In this document: piece by piece, positions 26,159 through 35,794 of the stretch | Layout of the letters: every line of letters starts with the position of its first letter | How positions within the stretch are numbered: the first letter of the stretch is position 1 | From: an uncultured virus (IMG/VR IMGVR_UViG_3300042467_002820) | Taxonomy: Duplodnaviria > Heunggongvirae > Uroviricota > Caudoviricetes | IMG/VR virus record: IMGVR_UViG_3300042467_002820 | Length of the DNA stretch: 64,000 bases | Reading direction: 5' to 3' (one strand) | Notes under the pieces: model-generated | Told to the model about the DNA's origin: nothing | What the model saw: only the letters and a program-made list of their open reading frames with translations | Databases searched by the model: none | Position numbers and translations under genes: made by a program

Positions 26159-26767
26159 ATGCTCCTCTCCGACACCGAGATCACCGCCCTCGCCACCGAG
26201 GCTGCCATGATCACCCCATTCATCCCCGCCCTCGTCCGCACCCGCCGCGACGAGCGCCGCGTCCTCAGCTACGGCCAGTCCAGCTACGGCTACGACCTGC
26301 GCCTCAGTCCCCGCGAGTTTTACACCTTCCAACCGCTGCGCGAGGGTGACACCGACCACCACGCCGTCGTCGACCCGAAGGACTTCAACCCCGCACACCT
26401 CACCCCCGCCCCGCTCCACCACACCCCCGAGGGCGACTCCTACTTCGTGCTCCCAGCCCACAGCTACGGCCTCGGCGTCGCCATCGAGCACCTAGCCCTA
26501 CCCGCCGACATCACCGCCCTCTTTATCGGTAAAAGTACTTACGCGCGCTGCGGCGTCATCGCCAACACCACCCCCGGCGAAGCCGGCTGGCACGGCCACC
26601 TCACGCTCGAGTTCAGCAACAGCTCCAGCTCCCCCTGCCGCATCTACACCGATGAAGGCATTGTCCAGGCGCTCTTCTTCCGCGGAGCTCCCTGCGCCAC
26701 CTGCTACGAAACCCGCGCCGGCAAGTACCAAGACCAACCCGAGCGCGTCGTCACCGCCCGCATCTGA
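26159..26767 (+). CDS. dcd: dCTP deaminase
   Basis: SYG.SSYGYDLRL, GKSTYARCG, TPGEAGW.G.LTLE, KYQDQ. Confidence 0.92.
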   Translation: MLLSDTEITALATEAAMITPFIPALVRTRRDERRVLSYGQSSYGYDLRLSPREFYTFQPLREGDTDHHAVVDPKDFNPAHLTPAPLHHTPEGDSYFVLPAHSYGLGVAIEHLALPADITALFIGKSTYARCGVIANTTPGEAGWHGHLTLEFSNSSSSPCRIYTDEGIVQALFFRGAPCATCYETRAGKYQDQPERVVTARI

Positions 26768-26829
26768 CAACTTCAAAACCACCGGTACTTTTCACCTATA
26801 ATCTGAACATATCGGAATAAACAGCAGCG

Positions 26830-27321
26830 GTGGCCAATCGCGTTTACGGCTCTGACGGTCTCAACGAACGGCAACGCGTTGCTGCCACCCTGCTCGCCCG
26901 CGGCACCACCATCCGCGAGACCGCCCGCAAAATCGGCGTCAGCGAAAAGTCCGTATACACCTGGCGCCAGCGCCCCGCTGTGCAACAAGCCATCGCCCGG
27001 ATTCAGCAGGAACTTCTCTCCGAGACCGGTGGCATGAACATCAGCACCATCCCTGCTGCCATCAACGTCCTCGACAGCATCATCAACGACGAGGACGCCC
27101 GCGCCTCCGACCGCATCGCCGCCGCCCGCACCCTGATGAGTGGCGCCCAGGCCTATCAGGAACGCCGCATCCTCGAGCGCCAGATCGCCGACCTCGAGCG
27201 CCAACTGCTGCGCCTCACCGCCACCCACGACGCCGCCGCGGACGCCCCCTCCGCCGCTCCCGACTCCGAGGACGACGACCTCTTGCTCCCCTCCGCTGAC
27301 CCCGCGGACTTCGACAGCTGA
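26830..27321 (+). CDS. Terminase small subunit (HTH)
   Basis: N-terminal HTH; immediately upstream of TerL. Confidence 0.7.
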   Translation: MANRVYGSDGLNERQRVAATLLARGTTIRETARKIGVSEKSVYTWRQRPAVQQAIARIQQELLSETGGMNISTIPAAINVLDSIINDEDARASDRIAAARTLMSGAQAYQERRILERQIADLERQLLRLTATHDAAADAPSAAPDSEDDDLLLPSADPADFDS

Positions 27322-28724
27322 TGCCCTCCGTCTCCACCCTCCGCCGCCGCGTCGAGCGTCTCCAAACCGAGCTTGCCCGCCGCCAAGCCCGCGCCGCTCT
27401 CTACGAGGCCGGCACCGCCTCCTCCCTCCCCGCCGTCGGCGACTGGCCGTCGTTCGCACGACGCACCTGGATCCGCACCAGCGGCACCGTCGCCCCGTTC
27501 GACCCCTACGCCTACCAGATCAAGCTGATCCGCTCCATCAACGAGCACCCCAACACCCTCGTCAACAAGTCCCGCCAGACCGGTGTCTCCGAGACCGTCT
27601 GCAACTACCTCCTCTGCCGCGCCCTCACCGAGCGCGGCTTCGCCGCTGTTGTCTTCAGCAAAACCCAGCAGGACGCCTCCGAGCTCGGCCGACGCGTGCG
27701 CGCTATGGCCAACAGCCTCCGCGGCGAAACCGTCCGCTATCTGACCGACAGCAACACTCAGCTCGCCTTCGAAGGCCGCGGCACGCTGTACTTCCTCCCC
27801 GCCTCACCCCGCGCCGCCCGGGGCATCCCCAGCTGCTCCGTCCTCTTCATGGACGAGGCGGCCTTCCTCGAGGGCGCCGCCGAGATCTACCGCGGCGCCA
27901 TGCCGACGCTCTCCATGGTGGGCGACGCGGCCAAGGTCATCGTGGTCTCCACCCCAGACACCGAGCTCGACTGGTTCGGCCAGCTCTGGCACGCCGACGA
28001 AGGCGACTGGAACAAGGTGGCCATCCACTACTCCCAGCACCCGATCTACGGTGCTGACCCGGACTGGGCCCGCCGCACGCGCGAGTCGCGCCGGATGACG
28101 CTCGCGGCATGGAACTCCGAGTACGAGCTGCAGTTCGGTGCGACTGACACCCAGATTTACCCCAACGAGCTGATCAGCCGGGCTTCCCGCGGTCATTGGC
28201 GCGAGTGCGGTTCCATCAACCGCAGCTATGTCATCGGGATTGACCCCAACGGTGGGGGCAACGACTACTTCGTAGCAATGGTGCTGGACATAACTAAGAC
28301 ACCTTACGAAATTGTCGGTATGTACCGTGAAAACGGTAAGAGTACAGATTACAGCTTGAAGCATGTAAAAACCCTAATCGAAGACTACATGCCGCAACGC
28401 GTAATTGTAGAGAAACAAGCGATGGGCTCTGTCATCGCCGAAGCGCTACAGCACGTCCTACCAAACTACGCCATCGAAACGTTCAGCACGAGTCGCCCTT
28501 CCAAGAACGTCGCCACCGATCGCATCCTGTACCTGCTCGAGCGCGATGAGCTTGTGTTTCCGCCAGGCATCATCGCTGACGAGCTCCGCGCGTTTCAGCA
28601 ACAGGAAAGCGGCGCTCGCCAAGCCGTAAGTGGTGCCCATGACGACACTGTTATGGCACTTGCTTTTGCCTGTGCACTGATCCCGGAGACACCGGCTACT
28701 GCCAGCTTCTTCGACAACATCTAA
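27321..28724 (+). CDS. terL: Terminase large subunit
   Basis: KSRQTGVS (Walker A), LFMDEAAF, VSTP, IGIDP, HDDTVMALA. Confidence 0.92.
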   Translation: MPSVSTLRRRVERLQTELARRQARAALYEAGTASSLPAVGDWPSFARRTWIRTSGTVAPFDPYAYQIKLIRSINEHPNTLVNKSRQTGVSETVCNYLLCRALTERGFAAVVFSKTQQDASELGRRVRAMANSLRGETVRYLTDSNTQLAFEGRGTLYFLPASPRAARGIPSCSVLFMDEAAFLEGAAEIYRGAMPTLSMVGDAAKVIVVSTPDTELDWFGQLWHADEGDWNKVAIHYSQHPIYGADPDWARRTRESRRMTLAAWNSEYELQFGATDTQIYPNELISRASRGHWRECGSINRSYVIGIDPNGGGNDYFVAMVLDITKTPYEIVGMYRENGKSTDYSLKHVKTLIEDYMPQRVIVEKQAMGSVIAEALQHVLPNYAIETFSTSRPSKNVATDRILYLLERDELVFPPGIIADELRAFQQQESGARQAVSGAHDDTVMALAFACALIPETPATASFFDNI

Positions 28725-28782
28725 CATATGCGCTACGGTGTAAACACCGAGCGCGTCGGCAGCGGAACGCCTCGCAGGTGAC

Positions 28783-29112
28783 TCAGGCGGCTGCCCACCC
28801 CTGAGTCGCTTCACCTAACCAGAGCCGGATCGCGTCTTCTCTGTGAGAGGACCACCAGCTCTGCTGTCTGAACCATTGCTGCCAGTCCATCTCACTGCCT
28901 TTGGCCCGGTTGCATGGGCCGCAGCAGCAGACCAGATTCGTGCGGTCGCTGCGCCCCCCACGACACCGAGGGCGCACATGATCCAGCGTGTCCCCTGGCT
29001 GCCCGCAGTACGCACAAAGGGACCCCCAGCTGTTGAGGATCCCTTCGCGGAATTGCTGCTTGGCTTGCCGTTTGGTCAGGAGACGTGATCCATCAATCCG
29101 ATGGTCAACCAT
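28783..29112 (-). CDS. HNH endonuclease
   Basis: CAYCG...TLDHVRPRCRGG....NLVCCCGPCNRAK. Confidence 0.9.
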   Translation of the reverse strand: MVDHRIDGSRLLTKRQAKQQFREGILNSWGSLCAYCGQPGDTLDHVRPRCRGGRSDRTNLVCCCGPCNRAKGSEMDWQQWFRQQSWWSSHREDAIRLWLGEATQGWAAA

Positions 29113-29168
29113 GCCCTGGTAGGTGGCTGCTCCAGGCTAGCGATTCAGCCACCTGTCAACCCCCGCAC

Positions 29169-29262
29169 AAGTACGTTACCAGATGCAGAAGTCAGTTACC
29201 GGATACAGATGTACGTTACCAGATGCTCAAGTACGTTACCAGATACACTTGCATCTGGTAAC
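29169..29262. repeat. 20-bp period tandem repeat (4 direct + 1 inverted)
   Basis: GT(AC/CA)GTTACC(A/G)GAT(G/A)C at 29171, 29191, 29211, 29231; inverted GCATCTGGTAAC at 29251. Confidence 0.9.
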
Positions 29263-29330
29263 CGATGTGCATGAGCTCTCGCTACAAACCGCTACGCTTG
29301 CACTAGCTCTCCCCCGAGCCCGTTTGCGCT

Positions 29331-31154
29331 ATGGCTTCCGCACCCTCAGACAATTTCCGGAATGATGGTGCATTAGTTAATGCGCTAACAGGTCTAGGTG
29401 TTCCTGCAAAAGATAAAACAACAGCCACAAGTGTCAGCTTCCAGACGCTGCTGACCGAAGCTGAACTCGAGTCTCTCTATACCAACGGCATCCCACGTCG
29501 CTACGTCGACGCCATTAGCGACGAGATCCTCCGCCATCAGCCCACCATCACCCTGGGTGGTGACGCCGCCTCCGACAACGCCGACCTCCTCACGAACTTC
29601 GACCAGTTCCTCCAGGCCAGCCAATTCCACTTCGCCCTCTCTGAGGTCATCAAGCTGCAGCGCCTCTATGGCGGCGCCGGCTTGGTGCTGCTGATCGACG
29701 ATGGCGCCCAGCCTGATGAACCTGTCGAGCTCAACCGCATTCGCGCCATCCGCGGCTTCATCCCACTCTCGCGCCATGAGTTGATCCCCGAGGACTTCTC
29801 CATCACCGACTACTCCCGTCCTTCGCACTACCGGATCACCACCAGTCAGCGCATCACCCCGGAACAGAACAGCGGCTACGTCAACATCCGCGTCCACCAC
29901 ACCCGCGTAGCACGCTTCGACGGCCTCTACCTTCCCTGGAACCTCCGCTCCCGCAACACCGGATGGGGCCAGTCCGTCCTGCAGCTCATCTGGAACGCCT
30001 TCAAGCGCTACGAGACCGCGATGTCCGGCCTCGAGTCGATGACATCCGATTCAGACGTCTTCGTTCACAAGATCCCCGGACTGTTCAACCGTATCGCCGC
30101 CGGCAACGAGTCCGACCTGCGCAAGCGCCTTGAAGCCAACAATCTCAGCCGCAGCGTCTACGGCGGGATGGTTGTGGACGTCGAAGAAGACATCAGCTTC
30201 ATCAACCGCGCGCTGAGCAACATCGCCACCGCGACCGACCCCTTCATCAAGGATCTGCAAGCCGCCACCGGCTGGCCCGCTTCCATCCTCATGGGTGACT
30301 CTCCTGGCGGTCTCGGTAAGGAAGGCCGCTTCGAAGAACGTGTCTGGTCGTCCCTCGTTGAGCAATGGCAAGAGGTCTACTGCCGCACCCCAATCACCGA
30401 GGTCTTCACCTACATCTTCGCCTCACGCGAAGGACCAACCCGCGGTCGCATCCCCGAGTCCTGGTCGGTGATGTTCCCCTCGGTCTTCACCCAGACCGAG
30501 AAAGAGAAGGCGGAGCTCCACCAGCTCAAAGCCGCTTCAGACGCTCAGTACATCCAGCTCGGCGTTCTGAACCCCCTGGAAGTCCGCGAGTCCCGCTTCG
30601 GCGGCACCACGTACTCACTTGACACAAAACTCAACGAAGCCGTCACCCAGCAGCTCATCGCCAGCACGGACGCCCAGTTCCAATCCCAGATGGCGGGCTA
30701 CGACGCTCAACTGCAGGCCGCCGCGCAACCCCCGGCGCTCCCCGAGGGCGAAGAAGCTCCAGCCGAAGGTGGCGCTGTTCTGCCCCCCGCCGAAGGCGAC
30801 CGCGGCGACGCCCTCTATGCCGAGGCCGAAGGCCTGCGCATCGTCATCACACACCGCCGCGGCGACGTCGTAGCCGGCCCACTCGTCGGACCCGACGGCC
30901 AGCGCATCGACAGCAGCGCTGCAGCCCCTGTGCTGATCCTAGGCCCACACCGCACGCGCACCCGCAAGCTCTACCGAGCTCGTTTCGCTCTCGACAGCGC
31001 CATCACCGATGGCCCTTACACCACCGGCTTCAATTCACTCCGCGCCGCCAAAGTTGCAGTCCAGCACTTCTTCCCCGGTCAGAATGTGGCAGGGCTTTCA
31101 CCAGTGCCCGACGCCGAGGCTGACGCCTTCCGCGCCTACAACGAGGGGTACTGA
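29331..31154 (+). CDS. Portal protein (DUF1073-type) with C-terminal extension
   Basis: L.NALTGLG, RLYGGA, GWGQSVL, A.GWP.SIL.G.SPGG; follows terminase. Confidence 0.85.
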   Translation: MASAPSDNFRNDGALVNALTGLGVPAKDKTTATSVSFQTLLTEAELESLYTNGIPRRYVDAISDEILRHQPTITLGGDAASDNADLLTNFDQFLQASQFHFALSEVIKLQRLYGGAGLVLLIDDGAQPDEPVELNRIRAIRGFIPLSRHELIPEDFSITDYSRPSHYRITTSQRITPEQNSGYVNIRVHHTRVARFDGLYLPWNLRSRNTGWGQSVLQLIWNAFKRYETAMSGLESMTSDSDVFVHKIPGLFNRIAAGNESDLRKRLEANNLSRSVYGGMVVDVEEDISFINRALSNIATATDPFIKDLQAATGWPASILMGDSPGGLGKEGRFEERVWSSLVEQWQEVYCRTPITEVFTYIFASREGPTRGRIPESWSVMFPSVFTQTEKEKAELHQLKAASDAQYIQLGVLNPLEVRESRFGGTTYSLDTKLNEAVTQQLIASTDAQFQSQMAGYDAQLQAAAQPPALPEGEEAPAEGGAVLPPAEGDRGDALYAEAEGLRIVITHRRGDVVAGPLVGPDGQRIDSSAAAPVLILGPHRTRTRKLYRARFALDSAITDGPYTTGFNSLRAAKVAVQHFFPGQNVAGLSPVPDAEADAFRAYNEGY

Positions 31155-31157
31155 CCA

Positions 31158-34100
31158 GTGACGCCACGCAACACCACTCCCGAAGGATTCCGCACCGCGG
31201 CTTACCTGGCGACAAAAGCTCGCCTCGACGCCACAGCCCGCAGCCGCACCGGTAAAACAGCCCGCGGCGTCGATTGCAACCCACCCAACGTCAAATGTGG
31301 CGGCCGTTGCATCCCACCCAACTGGGATTGCCGCCTAGAGGGCAAGGGCCCTGACCCCCACCTGCGCGCCGTCCGCACCGACCCCGTCAGTGGCCTGGCC
31401 AACATCGAGCGCGGCGTCAAGCGCCTAGGCAAGGGCGTCCGCAAAGGCAGCTTCTCCGAGATCGAGGGCGGCAAGCGCGCCATTGTCCGCGGCATCGTCA
31501 AAGCCACCCCGGGCGACCTGCAGCGCAAGAAGGCCCTCCAAGCCCAGCTCGAGCGCCGCGCCGGCGGCATCGCCGCTGCTCTCGCTGTAGTCGGCTTCGG
31601 TCTGTTCACCCACAGCCAACTCAAGAAGGCCCCCTTCTACCGCGACGGCGTGGGCCGCCAGATCGACGACGCCGTTGCTGCCGGCATCAACCGCATCCTG
31701 GATGCCACCCCGGGCATCCGCGGAGCTCGCGCTGAACGCCGGGCAGCTGGTGCCGCCACCGCCGGGGCTGCGGCAGCCCGCGCCGCCGGCGAAGCCGCCA
31801 CGGGTCCGGAAGCACTCAGCGCCGCGCTACTCCGCACTCCCACCGAGCTCGAGCGCCGCGCCACCGACTACGGCAACGCCCGCGTGCTGCTCAATCGCGT
31901 CGGCGCTGTCGACGTTGATGCAGCCGGCCGCGGTGCCAACGCAGAAACCTGGCGGCAGCAGAGTCTCGAAGCCTTCTGGAGCACCAAGCGCACCAACGCT
32001 GCCGGCGCCGGTGATGGCAGTACCTTCTCCGAGCCCGCCACCCACGAGTATCTGTCGCGGCAGTTCGGCTTTCGCCTGGGCGCCAGTGCTTCAGATACCG
32101 ACGTCCGCCGCCAACTCACAAGCGCGCTGAACCGCGAGGCCGCCAGTCTGCAGGCCCTCGCCCGTCAGCAAGGCGTCAACATCAACGACGCCACTCAGCG
32201 CAGCCGTTTCCTTAACCGCCTCGTCGGCCCCAGCACTGCCAACTTCCCCGAGAACGTTCGCGAACGCGCTGTCGGCAACCTGAATCAGATCCTCGGTGCC
32301 GCTCCGCGCACCCGGGAAGCCGCAGTGAGCCGAACCGAGCTCGCTAACCGCATCTACCGCGAGACCCGAGACGGTTTCGACCAGTACTTCGGCCGCATCG
32401 CTGACGAAGTGCGCCAGACCCCGGGCGTCGCCATGCCCACCGAGCAGCGCCGCGCCGGCTACAGCGACTTGCTCAACAGCGCCCGCATCGGCCACTCCCG
32501 CTACCTAGCCCAGCGCCTTGCAAAGCCCGATAACGTCACTAGCCGCATCGGGCAAGGCCTCAGCGACGCCATCTCCAAGGAGTACTTCGCTCGCCAGGTA
32601 AACGGAAGCAGCACTTTTAGCCTTTCGGATCGGGAGACGCGCACCGCTGCCTCCGAGCTCGCCGGTCGCGACATCACCGGCCTAGCTGATGCCACCCGCT
32701 ACCTGCAGCAAAACGGCTTCGAGCGCCTCGTGCCCGTCCGTGCCGCAGCTCAACCCGCCACCGGAATCCGCGCTGCAGCTTCGGCTACCCCACCCCGAGT
32801 ACGCCGCAGCTCCCAAGCACAGATCACCGACCTCGCCCGCTCCCTCCGCGAAGCCGCCCAGCGCCGCGGCGAGACCATGAGCCTCGAGGCCTCTTACCGC
32901 GCCGCCCGCTCCGAAATCACCCGCCGCCAACGCGGTGACGCCCGCATCGACGCCGAGGGAAAGCCCTGCGGCGCCTCGCACATCCCTAAGGCACACGAGT
33001 GCCGGAAGAGCGGAGGCGCCGCTGCAGCCGCACAGCCCACCGAGAGCGGTAAGCCCTCGGCCCGCACCGGTGCAGCCCTAGCCGCCGCAGCCGCCGGCGC
33101 TGCTCTGACCGTCGGTGGCCTCCTCGCCTACAAGCAGCGCCAAACGCTGGTGCCGTCCCTCAGCCAGAAAGCCATCCGAGGCCTCTCGGCTCCACAGGTC
33201 AAAGAGGGCCTCGACAAGTTGCCTGAGAAGTTCCGCGATCCTGCGCGTCAGTTAGTCGGCGATGCCAAGCTCGCCGCCGCCCACATGGCGCTCCGTGCTC
33301 AGGGCTCGCAGATTCGTGCTGTCGACATCAAGAACAACTTCTCCACCTGGGTGACCCCCAACGGCACACACCTTTCGGTGGGGTCCATCGGCGACAGCCT
33401 TCTGACTTTTGGTGCAGAGCGCAAAGGCAACGTCAGCAAGTTCCCTCAGTACGGCCTCGGCTTCACGATCGACAGCAAGTACGACGCTGCCGGTGGCATG
33501 CCCAGCGCCCAGGCCAAGCAGCTGATCCGCACAACCAAGGCGATGTACCAATCGCAACTGGAGATGCTCCCCGAGAACGCTGTCCTCTTCGCAGTCCCCC
33601 ACAAGGACGATGGCAAAGGCGCCAAGCGTAAATCGATCTACGAAGGCATGGGCTTCCAGGCCATCACTGGGTTGAAGACCGACCGCCTGTGGGCGCTGAA
33701 GAACCAGGGCAAGTTCACCAAGATCCCGGAGGAGCAGATGGGCTACATGGCGGGGCTGATCCGGGGAGACCGTGCCGACGCAGCTACAGGCAAACCCTGC
33801 GGTGCTTCTCACATACCCAAAGCACACAACTGCAGCAAGACTGCTGGAGGCATAGCGACCGCAAAAAAGCCTAAAGAGGGTAGTAGCAATAAGCGCTTAG
33901 CCCTCGCCGCTGCCGCTGCCGGTGCTGCTGCCTTAGCGATCACCGCCCCCGCATGGACACCAGCTGCCCAACGCATACTCAATAACGCGAAGCCATTCGA
34001 TAAGAACAACCCCCCTCAGGGAGCCAAATACCTCACCGAGGGCGTTAGCGGCCGCACCTGGATCTCGCAGGACGATAAGTACGTAATTAAGACGCCTAAA

Positions 34101-34604
34101 GGTAAAGTAGATAAAGCAGCGTTCGCTAACGAGGTAAACACACAGAACGCCCTGTACGCTGCAGGTATCAGCGTTCCTAAAATCCACAACGCAGATCCGA
34201 CTAAAGGCGTAGTCATGATGGACTACCTAAAAGGCTACGACACTGTTAAATCGCTTACATCTGAGCAGCGCGGTAAAGCTGTACAAGGAGCTTTACGTGA
34301 AGTAGAAAAGATGCACCGTCTAGGCTATTCCCATGGTGATCTACACATGGGTAATGTCCTAACTAAAGGCAATGACGTAAAGCTAATCGACTTCGGTAAT
34401 GCCGGCGCTACAGCTAAAAACGGGTTATCTGATATTAACAGCTTACTAAGCGCAGCAAAAGACACGAATACGCCGCTATACACCGCAATGGTAAACCGCA
34501 AAAAAGCACTACAAACAAAGATAAGCAAAGGAGAAGCACTTACTCAAAAAGACTTGCTAGCGTTTCACGAAGCAGTACGTCAAGACTTACGGCGTTCCAC
34601 CTAA
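31158..34604 (+). CDS. Multidomain head-associated polyprotein (unknown domain, GNAT-like domain, protein kinase)
   Basis: Three RxD + KxCG..I...C tags; C-terminal EGVSG/VIK/NEV/HGDLHMGN/DFG kinase motifs. Confidence 0.75.
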   Translation: MTPRNTTPEGFRTAAYLATKARLDATARSRTGKTARGVDCNPPNVKCGGRCIPPNWDCRLEGKGPDPHLRAVRTDPVSGLANIERGVKRLGKGVRKGSFSEIEGGKRAIVRGIVKATPGDLQRKKALQAQLERRAGGIAAALAVVGFGLFTHSQLKKAPFYRDGVGRQIDDAVAAGINRILDATPGIRGARAERRAAGAATAGAAAARAAGEAATGPEALSAALLRTPTELERRATDYGNARVLLNRVGAVDVDAAGRGANAETWRQQSLEAFWSTKRTNAAGAGDGSTFSEPATHEYLSRQFGFRLGASASDTDVRRQLTSALNREAASLQALARQQGVNINDATQRSRFLNRLVGPSTANFPENVRERAVGNLNQILGAAPRTREAAVSRTELANRIYRETRDGFDQYFGRIADEVRQTPGVAMPTEQRRAGYSDLLNSARIGHSRYLAQRLAKPDNVTSRIGQGLSDAISKEYFARQVNGSSTFSLSDRETRTAASELAGRDITGLADATRYLQQNGFERLVPVRAAAQPATGIRAAASATPPRVRRSSQAQITDLARSLREAAQRRGETMSLEASYRAARSEITRRQRGDARIDAEGKPCGASHIPKAHECRKSGGAAAAAQPTESGKPSARTGAALAAAAAGAALTVGGLLAYKQRQTLVPSLSQKAIRGLSAPQVKEGLDKLPEKFRDPARQLVGDAKLAAAHMALRAQGSQIRAVDIKNNFSTWVTPNGTHLSVGSIGDSLLTFGAERKGNVSKFPQYGLGFTIDSKYDAAGGMPSAQAKQLIRTTKAMYQSQLEMLPENAVLFAVPHKDDGKGAKRKSIYEGMGFQAITGLKTDRLWALKNQGKFTKIPEEQMGYMAGLIRGDRADAATGKPCGASHIPKAHNCSKTAGGIATAKKPKEGSSNKRLALAAAAAGAAALAITAPAWTPAAQRILNNAKPFDKNNPPQGAKYLTEGVSGRTWISQDDKYVIKTPKGKVDKAAFANEVNTQNALYAAGISVPKIHNADPTKGVVMMDYLKGYDTVKSLTSEQRGKAVQGALREVEKMHRLGYSHGDLHMGNVLTKGNDVKLIDFGNAGATAKNGLSDINSLLSAAKDTNTPLYTAMVNRKKALQTKISKGEALTQKDLLAFHEAVRQDLRRST

Positions 34605-35467
34605 TGCAACTCCTTGAGCGCTACAACGCCGCCCTGCGTCGCTCCGAGGACGTCTCCATCGCCCAGCTCAATCGCATCCTCGACAGCAGCTTCAATCGCC
34701 TCCTCCGCCGCACCCGCATTCAGCTGCGCAGCGGCACGCCAGCCGCCGACCGCAACGTCGTTCTCCTCCAAGAGTTCCGCCAGCTGATCCCCGCCTTCCG
34801 CCCGGACCGCACTGACGGCTACGACCGTGTCCTACGTAGCCTCCTGCGCAGCTCCGAACGCAGTGGCACCGGCGTCGCCCGAGAACTTCTGCGCGACATC
34901 GCCCCCGGCCGCCGGCGCATCGACGTTTCCATCCCCATCGAGGCCACCGTGGCCGCTGCAGCTCAGGCCCGTGGCTACCTCCGCCGCCACGGTGAAGCTT
35001 TTGCCACCACCGCCACCGAGCTCGTCGCCCAGGGCATCGCCGAAGGCCGCCCCACCGACGCCATCACCAACGACCTGCGCCTGCGCCTCGGTGTTGTGAA
35101 ATCGAGGGCGGACGTGATCACCCGCACGGAATCACTTCGTGCCTACAACGCCGCCAGCAATCAGTACTACGCAGCGAACGGCATCGATCTCGTGATGTGG
35201 TACGCCACCAGCGACGATCGAACCTGCCCCGTCTGCAATGCCCGGGCGGGCCGCATCTACAAGCGTGCTAGTACAAACGCACCGGCGCACCCGCGCTGCC
35301 GCTGCTACCTAGCACCCTGGGACCCCGAGATTGCCGCCATCGACCCCGAGTACGCATCCCTACCCCGCCGCCACCGCGAAGAAGTCTCCCGGGTAGCGAC
35401 CGTCGGCCCTGCTGACCTCAACAAAGCCGCAGTATTCGAGCAGTTCGCCCCTCAGCCATTCGATTGA
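34604..35467 (+). CDS. MuF / SPP1 gp7-like minor head protein
   Basis: RA.VI.RTE..RAYN, D.RTCP.C, PAHPRCRC. Confidence 0.9.
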   Translation: MQLLERYNAALRRSEDVSIAQLNRILDSSFNRLLRRTRIQLRSGTPAADRNVVLLQEFRQLIPAFRPDRTDGYDRVLRSLLRSSERSGTGVARELLRDIAPGRRRIDVSIPIEATVAAAAQARGYLRRHGEAFATTATELVAQGIAEGRPTDAITNDLRLRLGVVKSRADVITRTESLRAYNAASNQYYAANGIDLVMWYATSDDRTCPVCNARAGRIYKRASTNAPAHPRCRCYLAPWDPEIAAIDPEYASLPRRHREEVSRVATVGPADLNKAAVFEQFAPQPFD

Positions 35468-35707
35468 TCAGCCCAGAAAGCGCCGCTTGGCTTTGTCGAG
35501 AGCGACATTTGCACCAGTACCTGCCACACCAGATGGAAAGAACAGCGCAGCTGTAGTCATCCACCTATCGAGGCACGCGTTAGCGCTACCTCTGTTCAAT
35601 AGGTTAGGTAGCTCACACGAACCTACAAAGAAAGTAGCAAATACAAGCTGTCCAATCAGCAACCCAGAAGTTGCACCACTCCCAGCGACCAGTCGAAGCA
35701 AGTTCAT
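35468..35707 (-). CDS. Small membrane protein, antisense to head operon
   Basis: Two hydrophobic segments; fills intergenic gap exactly. Confidence 0.5.
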   Translation of the reverse strand: MNLLRLVAGSGATSGLLIGQLVFATFFVGSCELPNLLNRGSANACLDRWMTTAALFFPSGVAGTGANVALDKAKRRFLG

Positions 35708-35794
35708 GGTTTAGACCCACAGTTGCTTCAGCCTATCGGCCCCTATAGCACAGAGCAGCTACGCTGTGTGAAGCAATACTCGGGGCTCTTAGCC

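Noticed and set aside
29169..29262. CRISPR mini-array
   Set aside because: Units are contiguous at a 20-bp period with no unique spacers, and there are no cas genes
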